The notes: a model not told the origin generated them from the sequence alone. Counted from the stretch's first letter, positions 32,434 through 40,923 are shown. The stretch is 64,000 nt of DNA from an uncultured Acidobacteriaceae bacterium (GCA_963846185.1 CAWJVA010000013.1:16905-80904); one strand, 5' to 3'. Made by a program: numbers and translations.

Positions 32434-33234
32434 TCAAACCTTCTCGTCCAGCAGCCACTGCACAATCGCGGAGTACGGCTGAAATGGCAGATCGGCAGGC
32501 ATCCTGTTCCGCGGGTTGCCCTTCCACGCGTCCTCGAGCCCTACTAGATCTCCCGATGCCCGAGCCTCTGTTAAAAATTCCGCGTCCCGCTCTCGAACTC
32601 TATTCAGCCAGAGGCGCCCTTTCCATCGCTCCGGCGATTCCATCAATCTTTCGGCCGCGCCACCGCCGCTTGTCACTGCGTAGACACGCGCCTCGCCGCT
32701 CTTGCCGTCCCATTCGTGGCGCATGTCGAGAAACATCGCTGCTTCGTCGCGCACCCCCTCCATGCCACCCACGGCGATCATGGCTTTGGGCGGTCTCAGT
32801 TTGTTCCGTTCGCTGATTTCCTTCGGTAGTTCGGGCCCCAACAACATCCAACGCCGCATCAGCCGAAGGCTCTCTTCCTGCTCGCTCATATCAGAGCCAG
32901 GCGGCATGATTGGTGTCCACTCGATTGCCGACCAGCCCAGGCGGTGCATCAACCACGTCTCATCCGGCAGTTTGCCCTTATAGAATTCCGATTGGAACGT
33001 CACGACCGGTCGGACCACGCGCCCCGGATCTTCCGGAAAATACTCCCCGGCAATGGATGCAATCAGCGGCGAAACGCTTGGATGTCCTCCAAACAAGAGC
33101 CGGCCCTTGCGCGCAAATACCGCCCGCGCAATGCTCACGATCGCTTCTTCGATCTCGACGGGTTTCGCGTCCTTGGTCCATCCCTCGCGCCATGGCACGC
33201 TGCCCGAGAGAAAAATAATGTCGCCGGGCTTCAT
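32434..33234 (-). CDS. stand-alone SLOG/LOG-like Rossmannoid protein (island gene 3)
   Basis: Intact 266-aa ORF whose ATG overlaps the upstream TIR gene stop (ATGA). Motifs are IIFLSGSVP (first strand plus Gly/Ser loop), LLFGGHPSVSPLI, and AMIAVGGMEGVRDEAAMF. The last matches the GGxxGxxxE signature of LOG/DprA-type (SLOG) folds (32743-32769). The call is by motif only. Confidence 0.55.
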   Translation of the reverse strand: MKPGDIIFLSGSVPWREGWTKDAKPVEIEEAIVSIARAVFARKGRLLFGGHPSVSPLIASIAGEYFPEDPGRVVRPVVTFQSEFYKGKLPDETWLMHRLGWSAIEWTPIMPPGSDMSEQEESLRLMRRWMLLGPELPKEISERNKLRPPKAMIAVGGMEGVRDEAAMFLDMRHEWDGKSGEARVYAVTSGGGAAERLMESPERWKGRLWLNRVRERDAEFLTEARASGDLVGLEDAWKGNPRNRMPADLPFQPYSAIVQWLLDEKV

Positions 33235-34580
33235 TTCCAGGTTCCCGATTTCACCCGCCGAGCGAAATCCGGCAGATTGCCTTCGTCAAACGAAAAGCAT
33301 CCCGTCAGGTCCTGCAGCCACTCCAGGCGCTCCAGCCGCTCAGGCTCCAGCGCCGCTCGCGGTCCGACGATCAAGCCTTGTGAGCTCCCGCCCTGCGCCG
33401 CCTGTGCCGCGTACAGCCCCTGGAAATCGTCCACCTCAGGCGGCCTTGTCACGATCCAGATCAATCGTCCTCCGGAGGTTGCCTGCACGTGCAGTGGTCC
33501 CACTGCGCCCAGCGGAGCTGTTATGCCTTCTACCGCTAGCGCCGCAAGTAGATCCCCGCGCAGCCGGTTCCGCCGGCTGAATAGCGCGTTCGCGTGCGCC
33601 ACCTTGATGTCGGCCACCACGCGCTTCAGGGCATCCTTCGTCAATTCCCCCCAGCACTTCATCATTTGGCCCGGATGGTCGGGATCTTTCACATCTTCTC
33701 CGTCGGGCTTCTCGAAATCGGCTTTGCCGAGCGGCGGATGTGCTGCCGACGCGCCCGATGGAATCGCATCTTCGTCTTTGACGTCCGGCATGCGCAGGCT
33801 GACCAGACCGAGCCGGTGCCGCTTCGTGAAGTCGATCTCATGCTGCGTCCATTTCGAGTTCTTCAGATTTTTCGACTCGAGCAGCACCACCATCGATTTG
33901 TCCATCAACTCCTGATTCAGCCGCCGTTGGAAGTCGTACCCGGGCGGAATGGAGAAGCGGTCGAGAAATACCTCGAATCCCGCGTGCGTCAGCGCATCGA
34001 ACAACTGAAGAGCCAGCGGCAAGGTTTCCAAACGCCGGTAGCTGATGAACACCCGGTTGGCAGCCGACGTCACCTCCGCGCGCGACAAAATTCCGGGTAA
34101 CGCCTCCGCAATTTTCTCCTGCCACAGGCTGGCGTTGATGCGTTGCAGTAGATGCTCGGCATCCTCGAGAATCGCCTTCTCGAACAGCTGCTCCCGCTCG
34201 ATCGCAGGCAGCACCACCATCACGCACGCGGCGTGCTTATCGGATTCCCAGCTCTTGTACCATGCTTCGTCGCGAAACTTCCGATCGCTGCTGCCCACCA
34301 GCACCAGCACTTTGCGCCGGTTCGCATACTTCTCCGGCTTCATTTCGTCGGGCTCCACGGGGCAGCTGACCGGCTTTACCTCAACTGCTGGGCTCGAACC
34401 GCGCAGTACCATTTCGATCTCATCCGCCAGTTCCCTGACATAAGCTTTGCCTTGAGAGCCGCCAGAAGACACCAGGCAGATCCAACTCCGGGTTGCGGCC
34501 GGTACGCCATTCAGTTCGAGACAAGAGAACGAGCCGTCTGCATTCTCCACCTGCAGGATGATCTCGCCTAGTTCAGCCAT
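33231..34580 (-). CDS. TIR-domain protein with unassigned N- and C-terminal domains (island gene 2)
   Basis: The ORF track gives 33231-34661. I prefer ATG 34578-34580 (MAELGEI..), which overlaps the upstream gene by 13 nt. The central TIR domain (~33777-34055) reads RVFISYRRLETLPLALQLFDALTHAGFEVFLDRFSIPPGYDF..SMVVLLESKNLKNSKWTQHEIDF, with the conserved Glu codon at 33837-33839. Confidence 0.8.
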   Translation of the reverse strand: MAELGEIILQVENADGSFSCLELNGVPAATRSWICLVSSGGSQGKAYVRELADEIEMVLRGSSPAVEVKPVSCPVEPDEMKPEKYANRRKVLVLVGSSDRKFRDEAWYKSWESDKHAACVMVVLPAIEREQLFEKAILEDAEHLLQRINASLWQEKIAEALPGILSRAEVTSAANRVFISYRRLETLPLALQLFDALTHAGFEVFLDRFSIPPGYDFQRRLNQELMDKSMVVLLESKNLKNSKWTQHEIDFTKRHRLGLVSLRMPDVKDEDAIPSGASAAHPPLGKADFEKPDGEDVKDPDHPGQMMKCWGELTKDALKRVVADIKVAHANALFSRRNRLRGDLLAALAVEGITAPLGAVGPLHVQATSGGRLIWIVTRPPEVDDFQGLYAAQAAQGGSSQGLIVGPRAALEPERLERLEWLQDLTGCFSFDEGNLPDFARRVKSGTWK

Positions 34581-34969
34581 CCCCACCCCCCGACCGCTAC
34601 CGCCACAATCAAAACCGGCAGATGCACCAGCCAGACCGCCGGCCGCCAGAACGCAGCCCACGAATCGCGAAGCTTCACCTCGACCTTAAAAGAAAAGTCA
34701 GGATTGTCGTCCTTCACGGCGCTTGCCACTCCAAAGATTGCCCGAAACTTCGTTTCGAGCGCAAGGTAGTACGCATCCTGCACCCAGAAACAGATCGCTG
34801 GCAGAACAGCTACTAAGGCCGTGCGTAGATCTCGGTCCTCCGCGCTTGCGAGGCCGATAATCGCCGCTCCCAGTCCAACGCTCCACTTCCGGCAGGTAAA
34901 TTGATTGCCTGCCATTCGCCGGATCACCGCCTGCAGCATGTCCAGGTACTTCAAGCGTTTTGCGCCCAC
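34568..34969 (-). CDS. small three-TM membrane protein (island gene 1)
   Basis: Intact 133-aa ORF with a GTG start. An alternative start is Met11 at 34937-34939. Hydrophobic segments are WSVGLGAAIIGLA, ALVAVLPAICFWVQDAYYL and AVWLVHLPVLIVAVAVGGWGW. I recognise no family. Confidence 0.6.
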   Translation of the reverse strand: MGAKRLKYLDMLQAVIRRMAGNQFTCRKWSVGLGAAIIGLASAEDRDLRTALVAVLPAICFWVQDAYYLALETKFRAIFGVASAVKDDNPDFSFKVEVKLRDSWAAFWRPAVWLVHLPVLIVAVAVGGWGWLN

Positions 34970-35006
34970 GTTCGCTTAGTATATTGCGGAAGAGCCGCTC
35001 CGGGCG

Positions 35007-36665
35007 CTAGCTGAGTTCGCCGCGCTTCGCCGCCGCAGCGGCATATTCCCCCGCCCGATAAGCCAGCGCTTGGATCGTGGCAGTCGGTTGTTGGCGTGCC
35101 GAAGTCACGAAGCTGCTGCCATCCACAATGAACAAATTCCGCACATCATGCGCGCGATTGTTGCGGTCCACGACCGACGTTCGCGCATCATTTCCCATCC
35201 GGCACGTTCCCATTAGATGCCGGGAAGGCATCGAATCCTCGAGTTCCAGCGACTGTGTCCAGATCTTCTTGGCGCCGGCTGCTTCCAAGATCTCGACCTG
35301 TTTTGTAAGCACCCATCGCAACGTCGCCCGGTCGTCCGGATGACTGTCGAAGGTCACCCGCACCGCCGGCAGACCCCACCCATCCTTCACGTCCGGATCG
35401 AGCGTGATCGTATTCTTCTCCTGAGCAAGTGACGTTGTATGCGCCAGCAGCGACATTGTCCGCGTAAAGTAGGTCTGCAGCATCTTCTTGTACTCGCTGC
35501 CCCACTTCGGTGCGTCCTGCGGTAACCCGTGCAGTGCAAACCCGGCCGGATAGTAATCGAACCTTGCGTCAATTGCCCCGCCTCCATAGAAGCCACGCTG
35601 CGGATCCGCCCGGTAGTAATCGTGAATCAGCCGGGTCACCTGGATACCCTTGTATTCATTCAACGGATGCTCGAACAGCCCGCTCGCAAAGCCGCCGTTG
35701 TCCCACATCAGGTATTTGCCGGCCAGCCCGCTCGAGTTTGCCAGCCCGTCCGGAAACCGTTTTGATTTCGAGATCAACAGCAGGCGCGCGCTCTCCACAC
35801 CATTGGCACAGAGCACGATTGCTTTTGCGCGCTGGAACGTTTCACGCTGCCCGCCTTCGAAGTAAGTCGCACCCGTGACCCGTCCGCGCTCGTCGGTCTC
35901 AATCTTCCTTACATACGAGTTCGGCCTGATCTCGCATCTGCCGGTCTCTTCTGCCACCGGAATCACCGATACCAGAGTGCTCGATTTCGCCCTCATCTCG
36001 CAGCCGAACGATTCACAGAAACCGCAGTTCACACATGCGCTGCGGCCCTGGTACGGTTTGGAGAGAATCGCAACCGGAGCCGGAAACGGATGCAGCCCTA
36101 GTTTTTTGGCCGCTTTGTCAAACAAAACGCCAGAAGATTTAACTGGCATTGGCGGCAGCGGATACGGCTTTGATCGCGGTCCTTCGAACGGATTCGCTCC
36201 CGCCAAACCCGAGATGCCTAATTCCTGCTCAGCCTGCGTATAGTACGGCTCGAGATCCGAGTAACCGATCGGCCAGTCTGCGAACCCGGTGCCCGCGATC
36301 TCGCCGAACAAGCTCCTCTCCTTGAAATCTGTCTCGTGAAAGCGCCAGTAATTGGCTGTGAAATGCACGCTCCCGCCGCCCACCTGCCGCCCGTACTCGA
36401 TCGCTTTCACCTGCCGTGCCGGCTGTCCATCGTTCTTGCGGTATGTGATGGGCTGGAGTTTAGGATTATTCGTCAGCCCTGGCTGGAACGTGTATTTGAT
36501 CTCATCGTGCGAGTAGTCCGTCTCGCGCAGATACGGGCCCTGCTCGAGCACAACCACCGAAAATCCCGCTGTCGACAACTGTTTCGCAACTACGCCGCCC
36601 GCCGCGCCGGCGCCGATCACCAGAAAGTCCACTGCTTCGGAGCGCCGGAACTTCGCCCCGCTCAC
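35007..36665 (-). CDS. GMC-family FAD-dependent oxidoreductase
   Basis: Intact 552-aa ORF. The N-terminal dinucleotide fold reads DFLVIGAGAAGGVVAKQLSTAGFSVVVLEQG. The C-terminal GMC motif region reads HLMGTCRMGNDARTSVVD. Confidence 0.85.
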   Translation of the reverse strand: MSGAKFRRSEAVDFLVIGAGAAGGVVAKQLSTAGFSVVVLEQGPYLRETDYSHDEIKYTFQPGLTNNPKLQPITYRKNDGQPARQVKAIEYGRQVGGGSVHFTANYWRFHETDFKERSLFGEIAGTGFADWPIGYSDLEPYYTQAEQELGISGLAGANPFEGPRSKPYPLPPMPVKSSGVLFDKAAKKLGLHPFPAPVAILSKPYQGRSACVNCGFCESFGCEMRAKSSTLVSVIPVAEETGRCEIRPNSYVRKIETDERGRVTGATYFEGGQRETFQRAKAIVLCANGVESARLLLISKSKRFPDGLANSSGLAGKYLMWDNGGFASGLFEHPLNEYKGIQVTRLIHDYYRADPQRGFYGGGAIDARFDYYPAGFALHGLPQDAPKWGSEYKKMLQTYFTRTMSLLAHTTSLAQEKNTITLDPDVKDGWGLPAVRVTFDSHPDDRATLRWVLTKQVEILEAAGAKKIWTQSLELEDSMPSRHLMGTCRMGNDARTSVVDRNNRAHDVRNLFIVDGSSFVTSARQQPTATIQALAYRAGEYAAAAAKRGELS

Positions 36666-37222
36666 TCCTTTGCTCCGGCGAGCTGCGCATCGTAATAACC
36701 GAATGGTGGCGCATAGGCCATGCGGTGTTCAAACTCGATATATTCCCAACCGGCGCCATTTCGATTGCCGCCATATTTCGGGTCGGCGAGAAATCCCAAC
36801 ACCGTGTGCGTGCGCAGCAGATCGAAGAACTCAGACGCCTCGATCGCCCGCATGAGTTCGACCTGCTGCTTCGAAGTGAGTGCGGCGATACTGATCGAAC
36901 CCGGAAAAAGCTCGTTGCGCTTGTTCTGAACCGCCGCCAACCCGCTGCGGTACATTTCTCGCTTGTCGGAATCAAACGTCGTCAAAGCGCGATCGATGAA
37001 GTAAATCACGCCTGTCTCGCGTGCGCCGGGTCCGTCCTCTGACGGCAAGATCTGCTCAGCCAGAGCTTCAATCTCTTTCGCATCCGCAGGGTTCAGAACC
37101 TCGAAATGGGCCGCCTCTGAGCTCGTCATGGCCCGCCGCGCATGCTCCTGTGCAGCCGCAACGTCCGCCCAGATCGCCAAATACGCACAACTCGAGAGCC
37201 AATCCCGCCGCGTGGAGATCAT
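36662..37222 (-). CDS. Tat-signal small subunit, gluconate 2-dehydrogenase subunit-3-like partner of the GMC oxidoreductase
   Basis: Intact 186-aa ORF with a twin-arginine N-terminus (MISTRRDWLSSCAYL). It overlaps the GMC gene start by 4 nt. The family call rests on context and overall resemblance. Confidence 0.6.
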   Translation of the reverse strand: MISTRRDWLSSCAYLAIWADVAAAQEHARRAMTSSEAAHFEVLNPADAKEIEALAEQILPSEDGPGARETGVIYFIDRALTTFDSDKREMYRSGLAAVQNKRNELFPGSISIAALTSKQQVELMRAIEASEFFDLLRTHTVLGFLADPKYGGNRNGAGWEYIEFEHRMAYAPPFGYYDAQLAGAKE

Positions 37223-37278
37223 GGTGATCTACTTAGAATCGCGTATGGGCAGCCGCTTTGCAAGCGGCCCTTTCGATG

Positions 37279-38754
37279 CTATGCGCTCAGCACGGGCGGC
37301 CGCCGCAGATGCCAATCGGTCGATTGCTGATAGTCGTATGCCAACGCAAGCACCACCGCTTCGCCAAACGCCGGACCCGCAATCTGCAGCCCGATCGGCA
37401 AGCCGTCCTTTGAGAAACCGCACGGTACCGTCATCGCCGGAGTGCCGTAATGATTGAACGAGCTCGTGTTGCTTGGAGGCCTGCGATGCGTTTCATTGAT
37501 CGTTTCGCTGATAAGAGGAGCCGGCTCTCTCTTGGTCGGCAGCACCAGCACGTCTACTTGTTCAAATACGGAGCGTATGTCCCGGCGGCATTCGCGAACC
37601 CGCTTCAACGTCTCGACGTAAGGCACCGCTTGCACTTTTTTCATCTCATTCAGGTGCCGCTGCGACCACGGGTGATACAGCTCAGGCGTCTTGTCGAAGA
37701 ACGGCTTCTGATAGTGATAAAGCTCCACATCGTAATCGCCGTTCTCCGGGATTTCGAGGCGTGGAAGCACGATGTCGCGCACGTCCCGTACTCGGCTCTT
37801 CAAATGCCGGATTGCCTCTTCCACCGCCGCCGCCACATCCGGATGTAGCTCTTCAAAGAAATACTCGCGCGGCACTCCCACCCGCAGCCCGGAAACCGGC
37901 ACGCGCAGAGCCTGCCAGTAATCAGGAACCGGTTCGGCAACCGTAATCGTGTCCTGCGGATCGAATCCAGCGAGCACCTGCAGCAGGACGGCCGCATCCT
38001 CCACACTCCGCGTGATCGGCCCGATCGTGTCCATCGAATACGCGGATGGCACCACTCCGCGCGTGCTCACGCGCCCGTACGTCGTTTTGAAGCCCACCAC
38101 TCCGCAGAAAGCGCCCGGGATGCGAACCGAACCACCATCGTCGCTGCCGACCGAGCCGAAGCACATGCCCGTCGACACCGCTGCCGCCGAGCCCGCCGAT
38201 GAGCCGCCGCTGATCCGGTCCGTATTCCACGGATTGTGTACCGCACCGAAACAGCTCGTCGTGCCCGTTCCCTCGAACGCCATCTCGTCCAGGTTGAGCT
38301 TTCCCAGAAGCACCACACCTGCTGCTTTCAGCCGTCGCGTGACCTCCGCATCCTGCGCCGGCACTCTGTTCCGGAAAACGTTGCTTGCGGCAGTTGTTCG
38401 CACTCCCGCCGTGTCGATGTTGTCCTTCAGCGCGATCGGAATACCGTACAACCGTCCGTTCGCCTGCCCGCTCGCACGCTGCCTGTCGCAAGCCCGCGCC
38501 TGCTCGAGCGCGGTCTCCTCCTGAAATGTGATCACGGCATTAAGCGCCGGATTCAGCTTGTGCATGCGCGCGAAGCACAGCTTCGTCAACTCTTCGGATG
38601 AGATGCGGCCGCTCGCCAGCGCATCGGCCGCCTGGTTCAGCGTCCAATCCAGCGGCTCACTGCTCAATACCGCCTGTGAGGAGGCTCTGAACTGAGCCGC
38701 AGCCATCGCCGCCCCCGCCAGCAAGCCGCGCCGGCTGATTCGCTGTGCATTCAT
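37279..38754 (-). CDS. amidase-signature (AS) family amidase with Tat signal
   Basis: The AS motif GGSSAGSAAAV is present, and the N-terminus is MNAQRISRRGLLAGAAMAAAQF. I chose the Met at 38754 because AAGGAGG lies 5 nt upstream. The ORF track starts at 38769. Confidence 0.85.
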   Translation of the reverse strand: MNAQRISRRGLLAGAAMAAAQFRASSQAVLSSEPLDWTLNQAADALASGRISSEELTKLCFARMHKLNPALNAVITFQEETALEQARACDRQRASGQANGRLYGIPIALKDNIDTAGVRTTAASNVFRNRVPAQDAEVTRRLKAAGVVLLGKLNLDEMAFEGTGTTSCFGAVHNPWNTDRISGGSSAGSAAAVSTGMCFGSVGSDDGGSVRIPGAFCGVVGFKTTYGRVSTRGVVPSAYSMDTIGPITRSVEDAAVLLQVLAGFDPQDTITVAEPVPDYWQALRVPVSGLRVGVPREYFFEELHPDVAAAVEEAIRHLKSRVRDVRDIVLPRLEIPENGDYDVELYHYQKPFFDKTPELYHPWSQRHLNEMKKVQAVPYVETLKRVRECRRDIRSVFEQVDVLVLPTKREPAPLISETINETHRRPPSNTSSFNHYGTPAMTVPCGFSKDGLPIGLQIAGPAFGEAVVLALAYDYQQSTDWHLRRPPVLSA

Positions 38755-38781
38755 TTCCGCCTCCTTCAAGCTCCGCGATGC

Positions 38782-40653
38782 CTAAACAGCATCCGATATC
38801 AGGCCGAGCGCCTGTCTTTCGAACAGCCGCTGATACGTTCCGCCCAGCTTGCGGACCAGCGTATCGTGCGACCCTTCCTCGACAATGCGCCCGCGGTCGA
38901 ACACCAGGATTCGATCCAGCATGCGAACCGTCGAAAGGCGATGCGCAATGATGATCGAGGTCCGCCCCACCATTAACCTCTCCATCGCGTCCTGAATCGC
39001 AGCCTCCGATTCCGAGTCCAGGCTCGATGTCGCTTCGTCCAGCACCAGCACTGGCGCATCGGCGAGGAAGGCTCGCGCCAGCGCCACGCGTTGCCGTTCG
39101 CCGCCTGAAAGCTTCACGCCCCGCTCCCCCACCAGCGTCGCGTAGCCCTTCGGCTGCGCCCTGATGAATTCATGCGCATTGGCCAGGTAAGCCGCCTCTT
39201 CGATCTCGCGCCTCGAAGCGTGCGGCCGCCCATATGCTATGTTCTCCGCCAGCGAGCGATGGAACAGAATAGGCTCCTGCGGAACCATCGCCAATTGCGA
39301 GCGCAGCGAATCCTGCCGCACCAGCGCGATGTCCTGGCCGTCAATCAGAATGCGCCCGCCGTTCACGTCGTAAAGCCGGTGCAGAAGCTTCACGAACGTG
39401 CTCTTCCCCGAACCGGAATGCCCCACCAGGCCGATCCGCTCGCCGGGATCGATTCGCAGGGAAAAATCGACAAAGAGCGGTCTCGTCTGCCGCGCATATG
39501 TGAAGTTGACGCGATCGAACACGATCGCTCCCTGCCGTACTTCGAGCGCTTGAGCATTCGGCCGGTCCGCGACTCCTAGCGGCTCCGATTCGAGCGCCAC
39601 CATTTCTTCCATCTCGTTCACACTGCGCTGCAGGTTCGCCACATGCTGCCCGATATCGCGCAGATAGCCGTGCACAATGAAGTAGCTGGTCAGAACAAAC
39701 GTTACGTCGCCCGGGGTCGCCAGCCCGCGCCACCACAGCCACACGCCGTAAAACGTCACCAGCGTCCGCAGCCCAAGCAGTACGGTCATCTGTGTGCCGT
39801 TGCCTCGTGTCGCGAACGTCCAATGCCGGTATGTTCTCGCTTTCCATTTGGTAAGTACCTGGCCCAGCCGCGCTTCTTCACGCGTTTCCGCGCCGAACGC
39901 CTTCACCACGGCATTGCAAGTGATCGCATCTGCCAGTGCTGCTCCGATGCGCGTATCCTGCGCATTGGACAGGCGCGCCGCGGGCGCCACGCATCCGACC
40001 GAAAGTGTGATCGACGTGCAGATATAAAACGTCGCGGCCACCGCCACCAGCACACCCATGCTCGGCCAGTGCGCTCCTAGCACCAGCGAGGAGCCGGTCA
40101 GTACCAGCAGGGCAGGGAAAAGCGCCAGCAGCAACGTGTCATTCATTAAATCCAGCGCCCACATCCCGCGCGTGATCCTGCGCACGATAGACCCTGCGAA
40201 GTTGTTGGCTTGCCAGTCCGTCGATAGCCGCTGCACGCGCCAGAAGGCGTTCGATGCAATGCGTGTCATCAGGTCCACCGTCAGCCGGCAGATCCCGATG
40301 AACGCGATGTAGCGCGACACAATCAGCAGCGCTCCGAGCAGCACAATGAACCCAACTGCGCTCTCGGCGCGATGCAGCGCATCCACGCGCATTGTCTTCG
40401 CCGACACGATCGCATCCACCAGACGCCCCGAAAAAACCGGCATCAGGAGATCTGAAACAGTCGCGATTGCCATGCCGGCGGCAATGAGCAGAACCGTTCT
40501 CGCACGGCTCTTCCAATGCCTTAGCAGAAAGCCGAGTACGTCCGTTATGGCTTTATGAGAAACAGATTGAGTGAACATTTGCACACGCACAGGTTCATAA
40601 CGACTCAGGTTGAGCGCCAATCCAGCCTCGAAGGCGGACGCGCCAAGAAACAC
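38782..40653 (-). CDS. ABC exporter, fused permease/ATP-binding protein (MsbA-like type)
   Basis: Intact 623-aa ORF with an N-terminal six-helix TMD. Motifs are Walker A GHSGSGKST, signature LSGGERQRVALARA and Walker B VLVLDEATSSLD. Confidence 0.85.
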   Translation of the reverse strand: MFLGASAFEAGLALNLSRYEPVRVQMFTQSVSHKAITDVLGFLLRHWKSRARTVLLIAAGMAIATVSDLLMPVFSGRLVDAIVSAKTMRVDALHRAESAVGFIVLLGALLIVSRYIAFIGICRLTVDLMTRIASNAFWRVQRLSTDWQANNFAGSIVRRITRGMWALDLMNDTLLLALFPALLVLTGSSLVLGAHWPSMGVLVAVAATFYICTSITLSVGCVAPAARLSNAQDTRIGAALADAITCNAVVKAFGAETREEARLGQVLTKWKARTYRHWTFATRGNGTQMTVLLGLRTLVTFYGVWLWWRGLATPGDVTFVLTSYFIVHGYLRDIGQHVANLQRSVNEMEEMVALESEPLGVADRPNAQALEVRQGAIVFDRVNFTYARQTRPLFVDFSLRIDPGERIGLVGHSGSGKSTFVKLLHRLYDVNGGRILIDGQDIALVRQDSLRSQLAMVPQEPILFHRSLAENIAYGRPHASRREIEEAAYLANAHEFIRAQPKGYATLVGERGVKLSGGERQRVALARAFLADAPVLVLDEATSSLDSESEAAIQDAMERLMVGRTSIIIAHRLSTVRMLDRILVFDRGRIVEEGSHDTLVRKLGGTYQRLFERQALGLISDAV

Positions 40654-40923
40654 ACGGAATGAGGAAAAGGCTGCTGGAAGGCTTGTTTGAGGATTTCGAG
40701 CGGTTGAGCGATCGAAATTCTAGCCTGCTGGCTCGAACTTTAGAGGAATCGGAAAATCGTCTAGGCGCTCAATCGCGCGACCACACACCGAGCCGCTGCG
40801 CTGTTCCTGCAAGGATTCGATCGATGACTCTTCGCATGTGCGGCACCTCGGGTTTGACGATCCATCCACAATAGCAAGGACTGCGCGTACTTGGCAACTC
40901 TATGCCGATGTCTGTTGATCCTT

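Noticed and set aside
31078-33915. Two long plus-strand ORFs (31078-32145, 355 aa; 32944-33915, 323 aa) inside the candidate defence operon
   Set aside because: Both are Arg/Ser/Pro-rich and motif-free. The minus-strand frames carry Walker A/B, TIR and GGxxGxxxE motifs and are translationally coupled, so the plus-strand ORFs are shadows.
29645-34969. Calling the operon a canonical Thoeris system
   Set aside because: No SIR2-SLOG or TM-Macro ThsA-like effector is present. The SLOG-like module is unfused, and an ABC-type ATPase and a 3-TM protein are added. I can only claim Thoeris-like logic, not membership.
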